NCBI RefSeq assembly: GCF_963921235.1 | Contig: NC_086109.1 | Span: 29,700,001-29,764,000, forward strand | Length of the DNA stretch: 64,000 bases | Source of the DNA: Mobula hypostoma | Lineage: Eukaryota | Direction: 5' to 3' | Part shown: positions 50,801-64,000 of the stretch, in pieces | Layout: every line of letters begins with the position of its first letter | Position numbering within the stretch: position 1 is the stretch's first letter | Notes under the pieces: model-generated | The model's database searches: none | Seen by the model: the letters and a program-made list of their open reading frames with translations, nothing else | Told to the model about the DNA's origin: nothing | Position numbers and translations under genes: made by a program

Positions 50801-53800
50801 CCAGATACTTCAAAAGGAATGTGAGAAAGAAAGATGGCATGGAATAGGAAGGTGAAAAAGGCATTTTGAAGTGTTTCCAGAATGCAGAGGTGGAACTCAA
50901 TGTACTGACATCTTTGTTGCCACTGGTACCAGGTACAAATTTGGAGTATGGATGGCTGGAGGTGAATGAGGCTAGGTGAGCCATAGAAGTGCTTGTAAAC
51001 GAAAGCAAGACAGATATTGCAACTGATACTATGGGGTCACAGGAAATTAGATTGGAAACCAGGATGAGAATATCGTTGTCCTGTGTCTGCATTGTCAGTG
51101 CATCACGGAAACCAACCACCCCTCCATATACTCTTTCTACACATCTTGCTGCCTTGACATTCCCTCTTGTTCCACCACACCCCCTCCCCCCATCAGGCAG
51201 AAGATACAAAAGCCTAAAGCAACTCACACAGAATGCTGGAGGAACTCAGCAGGTCAGGCAGCATCTATGGAAAATAGTAAATGGTCAATGTTTCAGACCG
51301 ATAGCCTTCTTCAGGATCTGGTCCGAATGTCAACTACTCTTTTTTTTTTCAGCCTGCCCTACTGTGTTCCTCCAGCATTTTGCATGAGTTGCTTTGGATA
51401 TCCAGCATCTGCAGACTTTCTTGTGTTGGTGATACTAAAATCTGAATGCATGTATTACCAGTCTCTAGGAAAGCTTCTATCCTACTGTTATAAGACTATT
51501 GATTGTTTCCCTAATACAATAAGATGGAATCTTGACCTTACAATCTGCTTCATTGTGATTTTGTACCTTGTCTACTTACACTGCACTTGCTCTGCAATTG
51601 TAACATTATTATTTTAACTTGTACTACCTCAGCATATTGTTGTAATGAACTGATCTGTAAGTGCAGTAAATAAGACAAGTTTTTTTTACTGTACCGTAGT
51701 ACATGTGATGATAATAAACCAATTATCAATTTTATTTACCATGATCTTATTGAAAGTTGGAGCAGGCACAAGTGGAAAACACCCTGATTCCTCACTTATT
51801 GCTTATGCTGATTTGGCATTCAAACTTCATCTTGGATAGCAATAGACCACTTAGCATGCTTTTTCTCTTACTATTGAAACCTACTTTCTTCTACAGTTCA
51901 GGGACAAGCTAAAAACAACACAGATGTCAGTTTGCATTGTGTTCTAGGTAAACAATGTTCTGGTCTTCAGATGGAACCTCCATATCTATTTTCAACAGTA
52001 ATGTCCTTAAAAGGTTGGATTAGGTGCTACCAATGGCCAAAAACTGATTGACTAAACACAAATGACTTCCAGCTGACACTGGCAATCAAAGTCAACTTTC
52101 AAAAGGAGATGATTCGCCTGCTGTTTGTGATAAATTGATTTGTTTCCTCAAGAAAAAGTCACATTCCTACTTACTGTCTCAGGGTGTGAGGTTTCTTGTT
52201 TATTCTGGGTGGCCCAAATTGGGTGATTAGTGTTTACTAGGCCAGTTACAACAGCTGTTCCCATATTCACTTGGTTGCTCACACTTTGATGTCTTCTGAC
52301 TTTTTGACCAATCTGGCTATGTTTAGTTTGAGCATCCTCCTTGCTACACTACCAACCCAGAAAAGCTGAGATATGTATGCCAAAATATTTCATTCCTATA
52401 GTCTTTTCAATAATGACACTTATCTAATTAATAACTACTGTTTTAAACTAAGGAACTTGTAAACCACAACAGCATCCCCAGTAACAAATAAGCCATTTGG
52501 ATGAAATAGATTTTTATTAGAAGACAGATTAAAGACTATTCAAAAAGAAACTCCATTTTGAGTAAATTATCTATATTTCACCCATAAAGCCAGCACACTG
52601 ACGGGCAGTGCAAATGATTGTCTTTATATGCATCTTATTTAATGTCAGGGAGGCTGATCTACTTTGCTCCTAATTCAAAATTATTAAAGGAGTTGGTAAG
52701 GGCACAGCTAACACTCTGAAAAGAGACAGAACGTGTTGTTAGTCAGTGTGCAATTACATTTTACTGCTTATATTTTCATCTCTGAGCACTGAGTTTCACT
52801 TGGAAGTTAAGGATCAATCCAAAAGCCTTTCAAAACTTTACACAATTGAAAACACAGCAAGTAGAGTATTGGACATACACCAGCACTATTTAACGGGATC
52901 GTCAACTACTTTCAGATTGGCTGCTGACTGATTTCTACCAGTAGTCAGAGGTGACTTCTCTAAAGTTGTGGGAGTCTACAGTAAGTAACAATGCCAGCTG
53001 CTTAAAATTTGTATCGGTTTCAGAACAAACATTTTGTTCATGAACTGGAATTGTTTTTTGGAACATAGTATGATCTGGAAATAAGAAAAGGCAATAGGAA
53101 TCAGGATAGGTTGATGGAAAGGGAGGAGGACAAAAGCTTTCAGGAGCAAGTGTCTTTCTTTTGATAGTGGAATTACACTCTACTCCATTCTAGAACTGAT
53201 TAGTTTGAGGTAGGGTCCTACCAAGATCGTTCCTAGATTCCTCTGTTTCCCTGTGCACATGGGCTTTCTTGAAGGGTGACCAATGCATCTATCATGTCAT
53301 CATTAATCTCTATCCACCAAACAGTTCCGAGCACTCTGCAATAATACTTGACGGCAGGAGACTAGCAAAAGATTAACATTTCCTCCAGGCGTAATTGCAA
53401 GACACTTGAGCCTGTTGTCTCTCTGCTATCAAATACTTCTCTGACGCCATCCTCTAAATTGGATGGAACATCAGGAAATGAAATGGTGGATTCAGTAGGG
53501 AATTAATTAATGGACTGTTTTGTAATATTTCCAGGATTTTTACCTGTTGATCCTTCACTACCTGTTTTGCTGTTGTTTTTTTTCTTTTGGAGGGAATCTA
53601 AAAGCAGAAAAGAACAAGAGATAGTTAGAGGAGAAAATGCATGGTTACAGAACTGGCAGCTTCTAAATCCAAAAGGATTTTATGATGACAGAAACATGGG
53701 ACGTGAGGGGAAGGGTTAGAACCCCATAATGTTCATTGTCTCCAGCCCATTGCTGGTTGTGGTTTCAATAAATCACTCTGAATGCATATACAAGGACAAG

Positions 53801-54149
53801 TTTTAAAAGGTGGCAGTATGTTCAAATGAGATTTTGCTGATGTACAGCAGTGTTAAACTTTGATCTTGAAGTGAACATCTGAAAGTATGAGTCTATTTTG
53901 ATTGTGCTACAATATAGCTCACTAAAAAGACATAATGGTGTTTCAGAGGCTAACGTTACACTTTCCATTCTGTGTTGACATAATGCAAGTTAATGTTAAT
54001 TTGCATTCATGTCATGACATAAGAGCATAAATTGTAAACAAGAACATTAAAAAAAAATAAAAGCAAGTTTCAACCTTTTACATGAATCACAAAGTGAGTT
54101 TTGTTGGCAAGTAGTGGCCACTCAAGTTTTGTAGCCTGGGGAAAATTAT

Positions 54150-54172
54150 ACACACACACACATACACATACA

Positions 54173-54222
<50 letters not shown>
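54150..54222. repeat. (CA)n microsatellite
   Basis: Directly visible. Confidence 0.98.
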
Positions 54223-54223
<1 letters not shown>

Positions 54224-54606
54224 CAAAAACAAAACTTTTTTGGTCTTTAATTCCTTAATTATTAATTATCTGTTTTAATGCAGAAAGAAAGTATTGAAAT
54301 AAAAATGATGAAAGGAATTTAAAAACACAGTCCCTGCTGTTACAATCTCAGTTTAATTTTGGACCACACCCTTATTATGTATGCAGTATGAAAATAACTA
54401 AAACAAAATATACAATACCAATACAGTACTGGCAATTCTTTTAAAAAACTACAACCAAGATTAGAATCCCACCAACTCTGTACCTTACACACAACATAAA
54501 AAATATGAACAAAAACAGGCCCTTCAGCCCATCAAGTCTGTGTAGAAACTTTATGCTGCATAGTTCCATCAACCTGCACTCAGACCATAACCCTCCATAA
54601 CCTCTA

Positions 54607-55113
54607 GTCATCTGGTAACCTCACCATAAGAAGAGTGTGGATACTATGGAGAGTGCAAAGGAGATTTACAAGGATGTTTCCTGGATTGGCAAGCACACCT
54701 AATGAGAATAGGTTGTGAACTAGGCCTTTTCTCCTTGGAGCAATGGAGGGTGAATGGTAACCTGATAGAGGTGTATAAGATGATGAGGGGGCATTGATTG
54801 TATGGATAGTCTGAGGCTTTTTCCCAGGGATGAAATGACTAACACAAGGGGGCATAGTTTTAAGGTGCTTGGAAATAGGTACTGAGGAGATGTCAGGGGT
54901 AAGTTTTTCACACAGAGTGGTGGGTGCGTGGAATGCACTGCCGGTGGTGGTGTTGGAAGAGGATACAATAGGGTCTTTTAGGAGCCTCTTAGACAGGTAC
55001 ATGGAGCTTAGAAAAGCTCTAGGAAATTCTAGGCAGTCTCTAGTGTAGGTTACATGGTCAACACAACATTGTGGGCCAAAGGGCCTGTAATGTGCTGTAA
55101 GTTTCTATGTTCT
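54607..55113 (+). mobile_element. CR1 3' fragment nested in an oppositely oriented older CR1 tail (about 54495-55360)
   Basis: Homologous to 20860-21400; tttctatgttctat tail. Confidence 0.85.
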
Positions 55114-55567
55114 ATAACCCTCCCATCTATGTATCCATCCAATGTTCTCTTCAATGTTGAAACTGAACCCGCGTACACCATTTCCACATTCCACATTGTC
55201 ACCACCTTCAGATTCCCCTTAAACATTCCAACTTTTACTCTTAACCCATAACCTCTAGTTCTGGATTCATCCAACCTCAGTGGAAAAGGCCTGCTTACAT
55301 TTACCGTATCCATACCCCTCATAATTTTTCATACCTCTTTCGAATCTACCCTCTCCTATGCTCTTAAATTCCTCTATATGAGGAAATAGTCAAGAACAAG
55401 ACAGTGTGACTGCAGAAAAGAGGCATGTACAGGGATCCAGAGGACAGTTCCAGAGCAGCCTTACAAGTATAAGATTCTTCCTCCCTCTCTGGATGAAGGT
55501 GGGGACTCCACCGAGCACTGACTGACCATGCATTTCAGTAAGAAATGTCAAGGACAGATGATTATCT

Positions 55568-56106
55568 ACACTTAGTGGCTATTTTTTTAGGTACACCAGT
55601 ACACCTTATTATTTCAAATCATGCAGCATCAACTCTATGCATAAAAGCATGCAGGTATCGTCAAGAAGTTCAGTAGTTGTGCAGATTAAACACTAGAATG
55701 GGGAAGAAATGTGATCTAAGTGACTTTGACCATGGAGTGGTTGTTGGTGCCAAACAGGGTGTCTTTGAGTATCTCAAAAACTGCTGATTTCCTGGGATTT
55801 TTATGCACAACAGTCTCTAGAGTTTACAGAGAAAGGTGCAAAAAAAAGTGTGTGGCCGTTTTGTGGGGGGGCGGGGTGGTGGAGAAGAATACGTTGTTAA
55901 TGAGAGAGGTCAGCAGAGACTGACCACATTGATTCACGCTGACAGGAAGGTGATTGTAACTCATATAGCCACACATTACCACAGTGGTATGCAGAAGAGC
56001 AGCTCAGAATGCACAACATGTCCAAGCTTGAGGCTGAAGGGCGACAGCAGCAGAAGACCACAAACATGCACCCAGTGGCTATTTTTTGGGGACAGGTGGT
56101 ACCTAA
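55568..56106 (+). mobile_element. Tc1/mariner-derived non-autonomous element
   Basis: tacacttagtggct...taggtacac start; MGKKCDLSDFD...LSISKTADFLGFLCTTVSRVYRE HTH remnant. Confidence 0.8.
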
Positions 56107-57517
56107 CAGAGACTACCAGAGACTGATTGTAAGTGAAGTACAGAAAGATCCAGGTATTCCACGATGAATCATAACAAAGTTAGAAGTTAAGTCCAACAGG
56201 TAGTTAAGAAAGGAAAATGGCTATTCGGCCTTCATTACAAAAGGGCTGGAGATAAATAGGGAAACTTTGTTGCAATTGTATAGTGCTGGTGCAATACTGC
56301 GTATCAGTTTGCTGATAGAATTTTAAGATTATAAGAGGAATAAATAAAGTGTACAACCTGTATCCTTCTCCACATTTCTGACACTAAAGGACATGTATCT
56401 AGGTGATAGGGATAAGTTCCAATGAGATGTGTGGGCAAGATTTTTAGACAGAAAGTAGAATGAGCCTGGAAGGTGGTGGCAGAGTGTTGCGATGGAGGCA
56501 AGTATAATAGAGACTTTATACAGACACATGATGTGCAGAGAATGGAGGGATATGGGTACTGTGTAGGGAATAATTCAATTAAGTGTTTAATTGGTTTGGC
56601 ACAATATTGTGGGTGGAAGTCTCTGTTCCTGTGCTCTACTGTTCTATGATCTAGTATATAGATTTGGTCCCTTACCAAAAAAAAAATGATGAAGTAACGT
56701 TGGAGACAATACAAAAGTGATTTACCAGACTCATTCTTGGAATGTGACAGGAGTTCCATGAAAGCAGTAGTAATCTAATACCACTCTTTCAATAGCGTCT
56801 ATCTAAAACACAAATTTCCTTTCATGGAATGTGGACTAAGGTAAAGAGGGAGTGTTGTCACTGTGCTTTGATCAAGATTTGACAAGACTGACACAAAAGG
56901 AAAAGGGTTAAATACAATTGCAAAGAAACCCTAATTGGCTTTCTCACGAAAATGACTGCCATCTTCTTTCAGCTGCCCGCATGCGAGAGCCCCCAGACTC
57001 TGCTGCAATGTCCGCGATTGTGACAGGATGAGAACACATTGTAACTGAAAATGCAACTTGAAATGCAAATTACCAAATGCTGGGAATCTAAAACAAAAGA
57101 GAAATTTTCTAGGCACAAACAACAGAAATTTTCTAGGATCTGCTCCCCAAGTCAGGAAGCATGTCCAGAGAGAGAATAAGGGTTAATTTTCAAGTTGATG
57201 AACATTCACCAGTATGTTATTCCCCTGAGAATGTAAGCACTCCTTGTCTTTGGTGGAAACTTGTGCGAAAGTCTCAAACAAGCAGCTTTATGAGTCAGTG
57301 TTCTTGTCTGGTGGCAGAGCTCACCAGAAACTTTAGCACATGCTGCTCATTATTTTTAAACATTAAATAAATGTTCAAAATAGTCACAGGGGATATATCA
57401 CTGGATTTCACACATCTTTGTGGAGGGCAAAACCTCCCAGCAGTTGTGCAGTCTAATAAAATTTGCCTTGATTGCACAATTAGAGAATTGCCATGAACAC
57501 AAGGAGTAGAATTTTAA

Positions 57518-57749
57518 GCAACACACATCAAAGTTGCTGGTGAACGCAGCAGGCCAGGCAGCATCTATAGGAAGAAGCGCAGTCGACGCTTCAGGCCGAG
57601 ACCCTTCGTCAGGACTAACTTGACGAAGGGTCTCGGCCTGAAACGTCGACTGCGCTTCTTCCTATAGATGCTGCCTGGCCTGCTGCGTTCACCAGCAACT
57701 TTGATGTGTGTTGCTTGAATTTCCAGCATCTGCAGAATTCCTGTTGTTT
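57518..57749 (+). mobile_element. Palindromic Penelope-like terminal-repeat insertion
   Basis: Inverted arms meet at about 57611-57620; ~35-nt unpaired 3' tail; perfect 14-bp TSD gagtagaattttaa at 57504-57517 and 57750-57763. Confidence 0.92.
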
Positions 57750-57769
57750 GAGTAGAATTTTAACTTGCG

Positions 57770-58345
57770 TCAGTAGTAGGCAGCCATTAATCCCAGGGAT
57801 CATGGGTTTGCGCCTCTGGTGGACTGTGTCCTCTCCAGGGCGCAAGCCTGGCCGGAAATATTTGAAGAACCGGCTGTTGCCCATGCAATGGGTTCCCCCT
57901 CTCCGCGTCACTGATGTAGTCCAAGGGAAGGGCAAGCGTCGATACAGTTTGGCACCAGTGCCGTCGTAGAGGTTGCCAGAATGAGGATGTAAACAACATC
58001 AAACTGCCTTAGGGACCCCGGCTCCAGAATTCTTCCCTGGGGTTTACTCCCAAAGCCTGTCTGAAGGGTGGGTATGACCACAAGGCAGCGGAGGTTTAAA
58101 ATCAGAGTTCTCCTTCCTCTAGGCAGGCTGCTGCCAAGGCTGACGAGCCCCACCTGCCCTAAGCAACTGGTTTCGAGGCACTAGTGGTCCGCCTTTGCCC
58201 CTCTCTTGTCTGTAGAAACAGTTCCGCTGGGCGTAGTAGCTAAGCCACACAGTTGTCAGAGGCTGTTAGAGTTGCTCGCCATTTAGAGAACTTTATAGGT
58301 AGTGGGAGCTTATCTCCACGATCACCAGCCCGGCTATGATAACTT
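57770..58345 (-). mobile_element. RTE-like non-autonomous retroposon
   Basis: (tac)n tail on the minus strand; the 3' ~200 bp are shared with the tRNA-SINE family; no ORF. Confidence 0.7.
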
Positions 58346-60019
58346 ACATTAATAAAGGATATAAATACAAATCGTTTGTTACTGGATGACTACAAATATG
58401 GTTTCTTGATATTGTTTAATTTTACAGGACACGACAGTGAAAGATGGAGCCTTAATCCTCCAACAATATGTTAGTATAATGTTGGTGCGTTCCAATTCTC
58501 AATTCCTCTTAATTGGTGTCATTTCAAACTAGCTCCAATCTCAAACAGCTGAGATAAATCTACCAAAATCTGCTGCCACCACAGTTCTTTCAAGAGGCAA
58601 AAGCTGCCTCTAATGAGGGCAAGCTGGTTCTATATCGTGACATTGGCTCTTATTGAGTCAGCCACAGATAACACTGGCTGCAAGCCACAATCATGGTGAT
58701 TAGTCAACGAAAGAAAGTTGGGGCCTTACCTGCTGTCGTAGCAGCAGTCTGCCTTGGATCACAATGTTTTTCAGGATTAACTCCAATAATATTTGCATCT
58801 ACTTCTCTACTGAAAATCTTTTTAACTTTGTATGATGTTGTCCTTGTCTTTGATGACTTTTAATCAATACTTTGATGTATCCACCAAGTTTTAAGTTAGA
58901 CATAATATATACTCACAAAAGCCACCCCCATTATTTCACAGGAACACTGGGACACAAACAAATCATTCTTCCTCTTGAGTTTTTTTTCTTATTCAGGTAA
59001 ATGACGACTGATCAGTGACCCAAAATAGCATTCAAATGTATTCAGTTCTTGGCTAAAGTGCCACATCTTTTCCAATATTTTCCCAAGACTCAAATGTTTC
59101 ATCCCAGATTTTAATATGTAGCATTTACCTGCTGTTCTTCCATGACTTATGTTTTGGCATCCAAAACTGGAGCCAATACCCTGCAACTTCACCGACATAC
59201 AACATAAACAACGTTTCACATTGCTTGCTGTACATATGACATCCAATCCATTAATGCATCTGCATATTCTTTTCTTTCATCGTTACAATTTCCGCTACAA
59301 TTACTTGGAACTTACAACATCCATTGTTCCTCCTATTGTATTCAATCATGTATTTATTTGTAATGGACATCATCTGTTGTGGATTAGCCAGATCACAGAT
59401 TTTGTCTAACTTCTTTGCAAGATCCTTGGCTTCTCTCACTCATAATCCCATACTTAGAATGCTTTTGGCACTAGACCACACTTGGATGTGTCTACCTAAT
59501 ACATTAATACAGATTAGGAACAGCAGGAAGCTTTGACCCAAACCATACGGCATTTTACCAGCCCCTTCCTCTGACAATACTTCCTTAACAGCACCAGCTG
59601 TTTCCCATTCTCTGCCAATTTTAACACCTAAACCGACATTTTATCTTGAAGTGCTTATACCAACCATTTATCTACAGATTTAACATATTGAAGTGAAATA
59701 CTAGGCAGTATTCCAGGTGATTATACCTAAATTAAACAAAAATTAGACTTCATATCAATATGGCTGATTCAAACACTTGCCTGAAAATTCATCCCAATTA
59801 GTATACTAAATAAATGGTAAAGTTATTGGAACAAACCTTTGCAGTAGAAATTGATAACTCCAGTTTATTACAAAAATATTATCAGCCACAAGGTATTTCT
59901 GGGCAAATACCATGGAATACTCACTCAGAGAATGATCTAAATGCTGATGATTATTTTGTTCTCAGAAGAGCTCCAGGACGAAGTGGGTAACCACAGTTCA
60001 GAAACAAAAAGAACCTCTG

Positions 60020-60440
60020 TTCGGGAGGTGGAGGAGCATCTTATATACCATCTGAGAGCCTCCAACCCAATGCCATGAATATCGATTTCTCCTTCTGATA
60101 AAAAAAAATTTCCCTCCCCCTTTCCTATTCCACACTCGGGCCTCTTACCTCTTCTCACCTGCCTATCACCTCCCCCTAGTCCTCCTTCTCATTCCCTTTC
60201 TGCTATAGTCCACTCTCCTCACCAGCCCTTTCCCTTTCCTATCCACTTGGCTTCACTGATCACTTTCTAGCTATCCTCCTTCCCCAGTGCCCCCCCACCC
60301 CACCTTTATATTCTGGCATCTTCCTTCTTCCTTTCCAGTCCTGAAGATGGGTCTTGGCCCAAAATGTTGACTGTTCATTTCCATGGATGCTGCCTGACCT
60401 GCAGAGTTCCTCCAGCATTTTCTGTGTGTTGCTATGAACA
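60020..60440 (+). mobile_element. Older Penelope-like 3' portion
   Basis: GIY-YIG C-terminal remnant (gaggagcatcttatatacc...ctccaacc) and terminal repeat with a decayed hammerhead at about 60336-60373. Confidence 0.75.
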
Positions 60441-61269
60441 TCTGTTATTTTTGTTTTATTTGGTGCCACAGAGAAATTATACAAATTGGGCATCCCTTCA
60501 CAGCTTAGGATAAGTGTTTCTTAAATAGCCAGGTGCTCCTGGTGTAATGACTTTTTATGGCAACAAATCACAGTAGAGTGGTTGAATCCATATCTGGAAA
60601 AGCAACTAAATGATTGTGGTCAAATATATACAGTAGGTCCAGTGAGTCAGTGGATGGGTAAACAGCATGTTATTTATGGATAGCACCAAATAAAATTGTT
60701 ATTAAAGAAAATTAATGGTGATATTGCCAAAGTGCTGCTCTAGTAAGTATTGCTGGAACTTTTCGGTTACAAATATCCAGCAATGAGGATGCCTGGAGCA
60801 TCTTACAGAAAAGTATTATCCTATCATTTTGAAGCATCATATGTATTCTACCTGAATGTGCAAAGATGCAATATTGTACTCATGATTTTCTGGCTGGTGA
60901 TAACATACCTCTCATTCCTGCTTGAAAGTCAGTTAACCATGGTTGGACAACTTTATGGCAGAGACTGTGCATCTAAATATTTGAGAGATGTGTCTGAGCA
61001 CCTAATTTGTGATAAAATGAACACAGTAATGCCATTAGTGTTTTTTAAATGATGCAGCGTCTATTAGCCCACAAATTCTGCACAGACTACATATAGAGTG
61101 TTGTACTTGTCCCTTTTACCATCTGCAGGACTGGGTTTCAAATAATGTCACTCTACTTGCAGCAAGTAGATAGGAATGGCATACATGTTATCCCCGTTTT
61201 GTTCAAAGACTTCTCAATTCACAAAAAATAAACTTTCAATAAATATCATTCTGCAAGTGAGAGAAATGT

Positions 61270-61922
61270 GACACCTATCCATTCACATCCTCTGTTACCT
61301 CTATTAAGGGCCCCAAACAGTCCTTCCAGCTGAAGCAAAGTTCACCTGTGAAGCTGTTGGGGCCATCCATTGCAGCCAGTGCTCTCGATGCAGCCTCCTC
61401 TACACTGGTGAGACCTGACGTAAATCGGCCTACTGCTTTGTCAAGCACCTACACTCCATCTGCCAAAAGCGGAATTCCCAGTGGCCAATCATTTTAATTC
61501 CTATCCCCATTCCTGTTCTGACATGTCGGTCCATGGCCACCTCTTTTGACATGCTGAGGAACAACAGCTCATGAAGGAACAACATGGAGGAACAACAGCT
61601 CATGTCTAGGGTAGCCTCCAACCTAATGGCATGAACATTTCTTTCTCCTTTTTAACCTCCCCCTTCCTCATTTTTGTATTTCCCACTCAGGCCTTTTTAC
61701 CTCTTCTCCTCATCTGCCAATCCCCCACTCCCGGTGACCCTCCTTCTTCCCTTTCTCCCATGGTCCACACTCCTCTCCAATCAGATTCCTTTTTCTCCAG
61801 TTCCTTACCTTTCCTGCCTACTTGGCTTCACCTATCACCTTCTAGCTAGTCCTTCCTCCCTCCACCACCCCCACCTTTTTATTCTGGCATCTTCCCTCTT
61901 CCTTTCCAATTCTGAAGAAGGG
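61270..61922 (+). mobile_element. Older Penelope-like GIY-YIG remnant plus terminal repeat
   Basis: FTCEAVGAIHCSQCSRCSLLYTGET remnant at about 61341-61420. Confidence 0.8.
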
Positions 61923-62784
61923 TGCAAAATAATACCAACAAATGCAATATTTTCATACACTTCTAGCAAAAATTCTACCTTTAAAAAACTTTATTATGGA
62001 TTTCCAACTATTTTGGCAAATGTGACACTCCGATTTTTAATTTGAATAAGGCTTTATTTTTACTACATTTCTCAAGACCCTATATGGTTTGTGCTTCTTC
62101 AAGGAAAGTGACAAGGAAAATTGAAGCAAATATTTTACCTGTTCTAAATTATGATCACATTGCACTATTCAGGACACATCTGAAGGAGCGACCCGTTTTC
62201 ACACTAAGTCTGAATCAGACGTACATGATGTGAAACTTGTTCTGCGGCAATGGTATAGTGCAAAGTCATAAAATTCTTATAAATTACAAAAATAAATATA
62301 TTTTTGAAATCCGATATCTGATGGCAGAGGGCTAAGGCTTCCTTGAATAGCATGTTAGTGAACCTTCAAAGGAAAATGCTATCTTAAAGATGGTACTGTG
62401 CACTGAGACAGGTAAAATTGGCAATCTGATTGAATTTCTGATACAAATAGAGGGTGTAATTTATTATATATATTTTAATTTATATTATATATTGTTAAAT
62501 AAGTTGTGCAAAAAAAGTAGTGAGGTAGAGCTCATGGGTTCAATGTCCATTCAGAAATCGAATGGCAGAGGGAAAGAAGTTGTTCCTGAATCGTTGAGTG
62601 TATGCACTTGGGCTCCTGTACCTCTTCCCTGATGGTAGCAATGAGAAGTGTGTGTAACCTTGGTGATGGGGGTCCTTAATGATGAATGCTGCCTTCTTGA
62701 TGCACCGCTCTCCGGTGATGTCCTGGATGCTGAGTGTTCATTATGGAGTTGACTAAGTTTACAACTTTCTGCAGATAATATTGA

Positions 62785-64000
62785 CCCTGTGCCCACCTTG
62801 GATAACTAAGGAAATAAATGGCATCAGACTAAAAGCTTATGTACACAAAGTGGCCAAGTATAGTAGCCAAAATTTTCCCAATCTTTTTCTAAGATTGGGA
62901 AATCTTTAAAAAGTAACAAGAAACGAATATGCAAGCAATAAGGAAAAGGAAGATAAATTAAGAAAGTAAACTAGAATAAAATATAAAAACAGATGGTAAA
63001 AGTTTTTTTAATAATTACATAAAGCAGAAAAATGTGGTGGAAGTCAAAATTGGTCCCTTGGAAAATGAGTAAGGGGAATTAATATTGAATAAAGTGGAAT
63101 GACTATTCTGTTTCATGTTGGAGGACATGACCAAAATGTCAGAGAGATGTTATGGATGCGATTAGGGTGAGGGGGGTTGGTAGGGACCTCCATTTAATTG
63201 CTGTTACTAAAGTGGTTGTGATAAGCAAACTAATAGACCAAAGATAGCCAAGTCCCCTGATCCTGATCGGAGGAATCCCAGGGTACAGAAAGAAATGCCA
63301 GGAATTATAGTAGCTATGTTTGTGATAATTTATCAAAATTCTCTGTGTCCTGAGCAAGTCCTGGCAGACTAGAAGAGAGTGAACATCAGGCCACTATTTA
63401 AAAGAGAATGTTGGCAAAAGGCAGGTAACTATAGACAAGCTGGCTTAACATCTGAAGGTGGGAAATGCTTGAAACCATCATTAAGGAAGAACTTGTGAGA
63501 TACCTGGATAGATGTGGTTCCATCAGGTAGACACAAGATGGATTCAAAAAGGACATGTCCTTCTTGTCAAACTTGCTGCAGTTCTTTGAGGTTATAATTA
63601 GTGCAGTGGGTAGAGAGGAACAGGCGCATGTTGTATGCTTAGATTTCCAGAAGGCATTTGATAAAGTGCCACATAAAAGACTTACCCATAAAATAATTAT
63701 GCATGGAGTTAGAGTAATGCAAAGGCTCCCAGCCTGGGATCCATGGACCTCTTACTTAATGGTACTGATCCATGACACAAAAAAAGGTTGGGAACCCTTG
63801 GAGTAATGCATTAGCATGAATAAAGGATTGATTTACCAATAGAATGCAGAGAGTTGGGATAAGTGGATGTTTCTTGGTTGGCAGTTCAGTGGTAAGTGGA
63901 GTACTGCAGTTGTTTACAATATATGTACATTAATGATGTGGAAGAGAGGCTCAGTGTGACATATTTAAGTTTGCTGATGACACTAAATTGAGTGGAGATG
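62785..64000 (+). mobile_element. Old decayed CR1 LINE running off the window end
   Basis: KSPDPD, LFKRE...GNYR, NLLQFFEV...CLDFQKAFDKVPHKRL and FADDTKL remnants. Confidence 0.88.
63720..63800. mobile_element. 81-bp hAT MITE nested in CR1
   Basis: Same family as 37773-37849; perfect 8-bp TSD gagtaatg at 63712-63719 and 63801-63808. Confidence 0.85.

Noticed and set aside
58730..58810. Minus-strand exon candidate ending CAG/GTAAGG (REVDANIIGVNPEKHCDPRQTAATTA)
   Set aside because: Weak acceptor, unrecognised peptide and no partner exons.
1..64000. CRISPR arrays, operons, rRNA or prokaryotic defence systems
   Set aside because: No repeat-spacer array or gene-dense organisation; the content is eukaryotic interspersed repeat.

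Overview
This is repeat-dense vertebrate nuclear DNA, not prokaryotic. The repeat set (CR1 LINEs, Rex1/Babar, Penelope-like elements, V-core SINEs) suggests a cartilaginous fish, probably a ray; that is inference. I recognise no intact host gene, so the window looks intronic or intergenic. Most track ORFs are transposon fragments or chance frames. Supported content: a young 5'-truncated CR1 with a 600-aa RT ORF; many older CR1 and Rex1/Babar pieces; a Tx1/L1 3' end; Penelope-like GIY-YIG elements and terminal repeats; Gypsy remnants and two solo LTRs; PIF/Harbinger, hAT and Tc1 DNA transposons; tRNA-derived SINEs; and a decayed intronless RBM25 copy. The most interesting signals are RNA-structural. 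(1) Penelope terminal repeats carry a minimal hammerhead ribozyme and recur as TSD-flanked palindromes that often fold back at the ribozyme. (2) A 568-bp non-coding retroposon has a hand-folded HDV-like ribozyme with an atypical insert at its 5' end. All calls were made by eye with no database search or folding run. Boundaries of decayed repeats are approximate.
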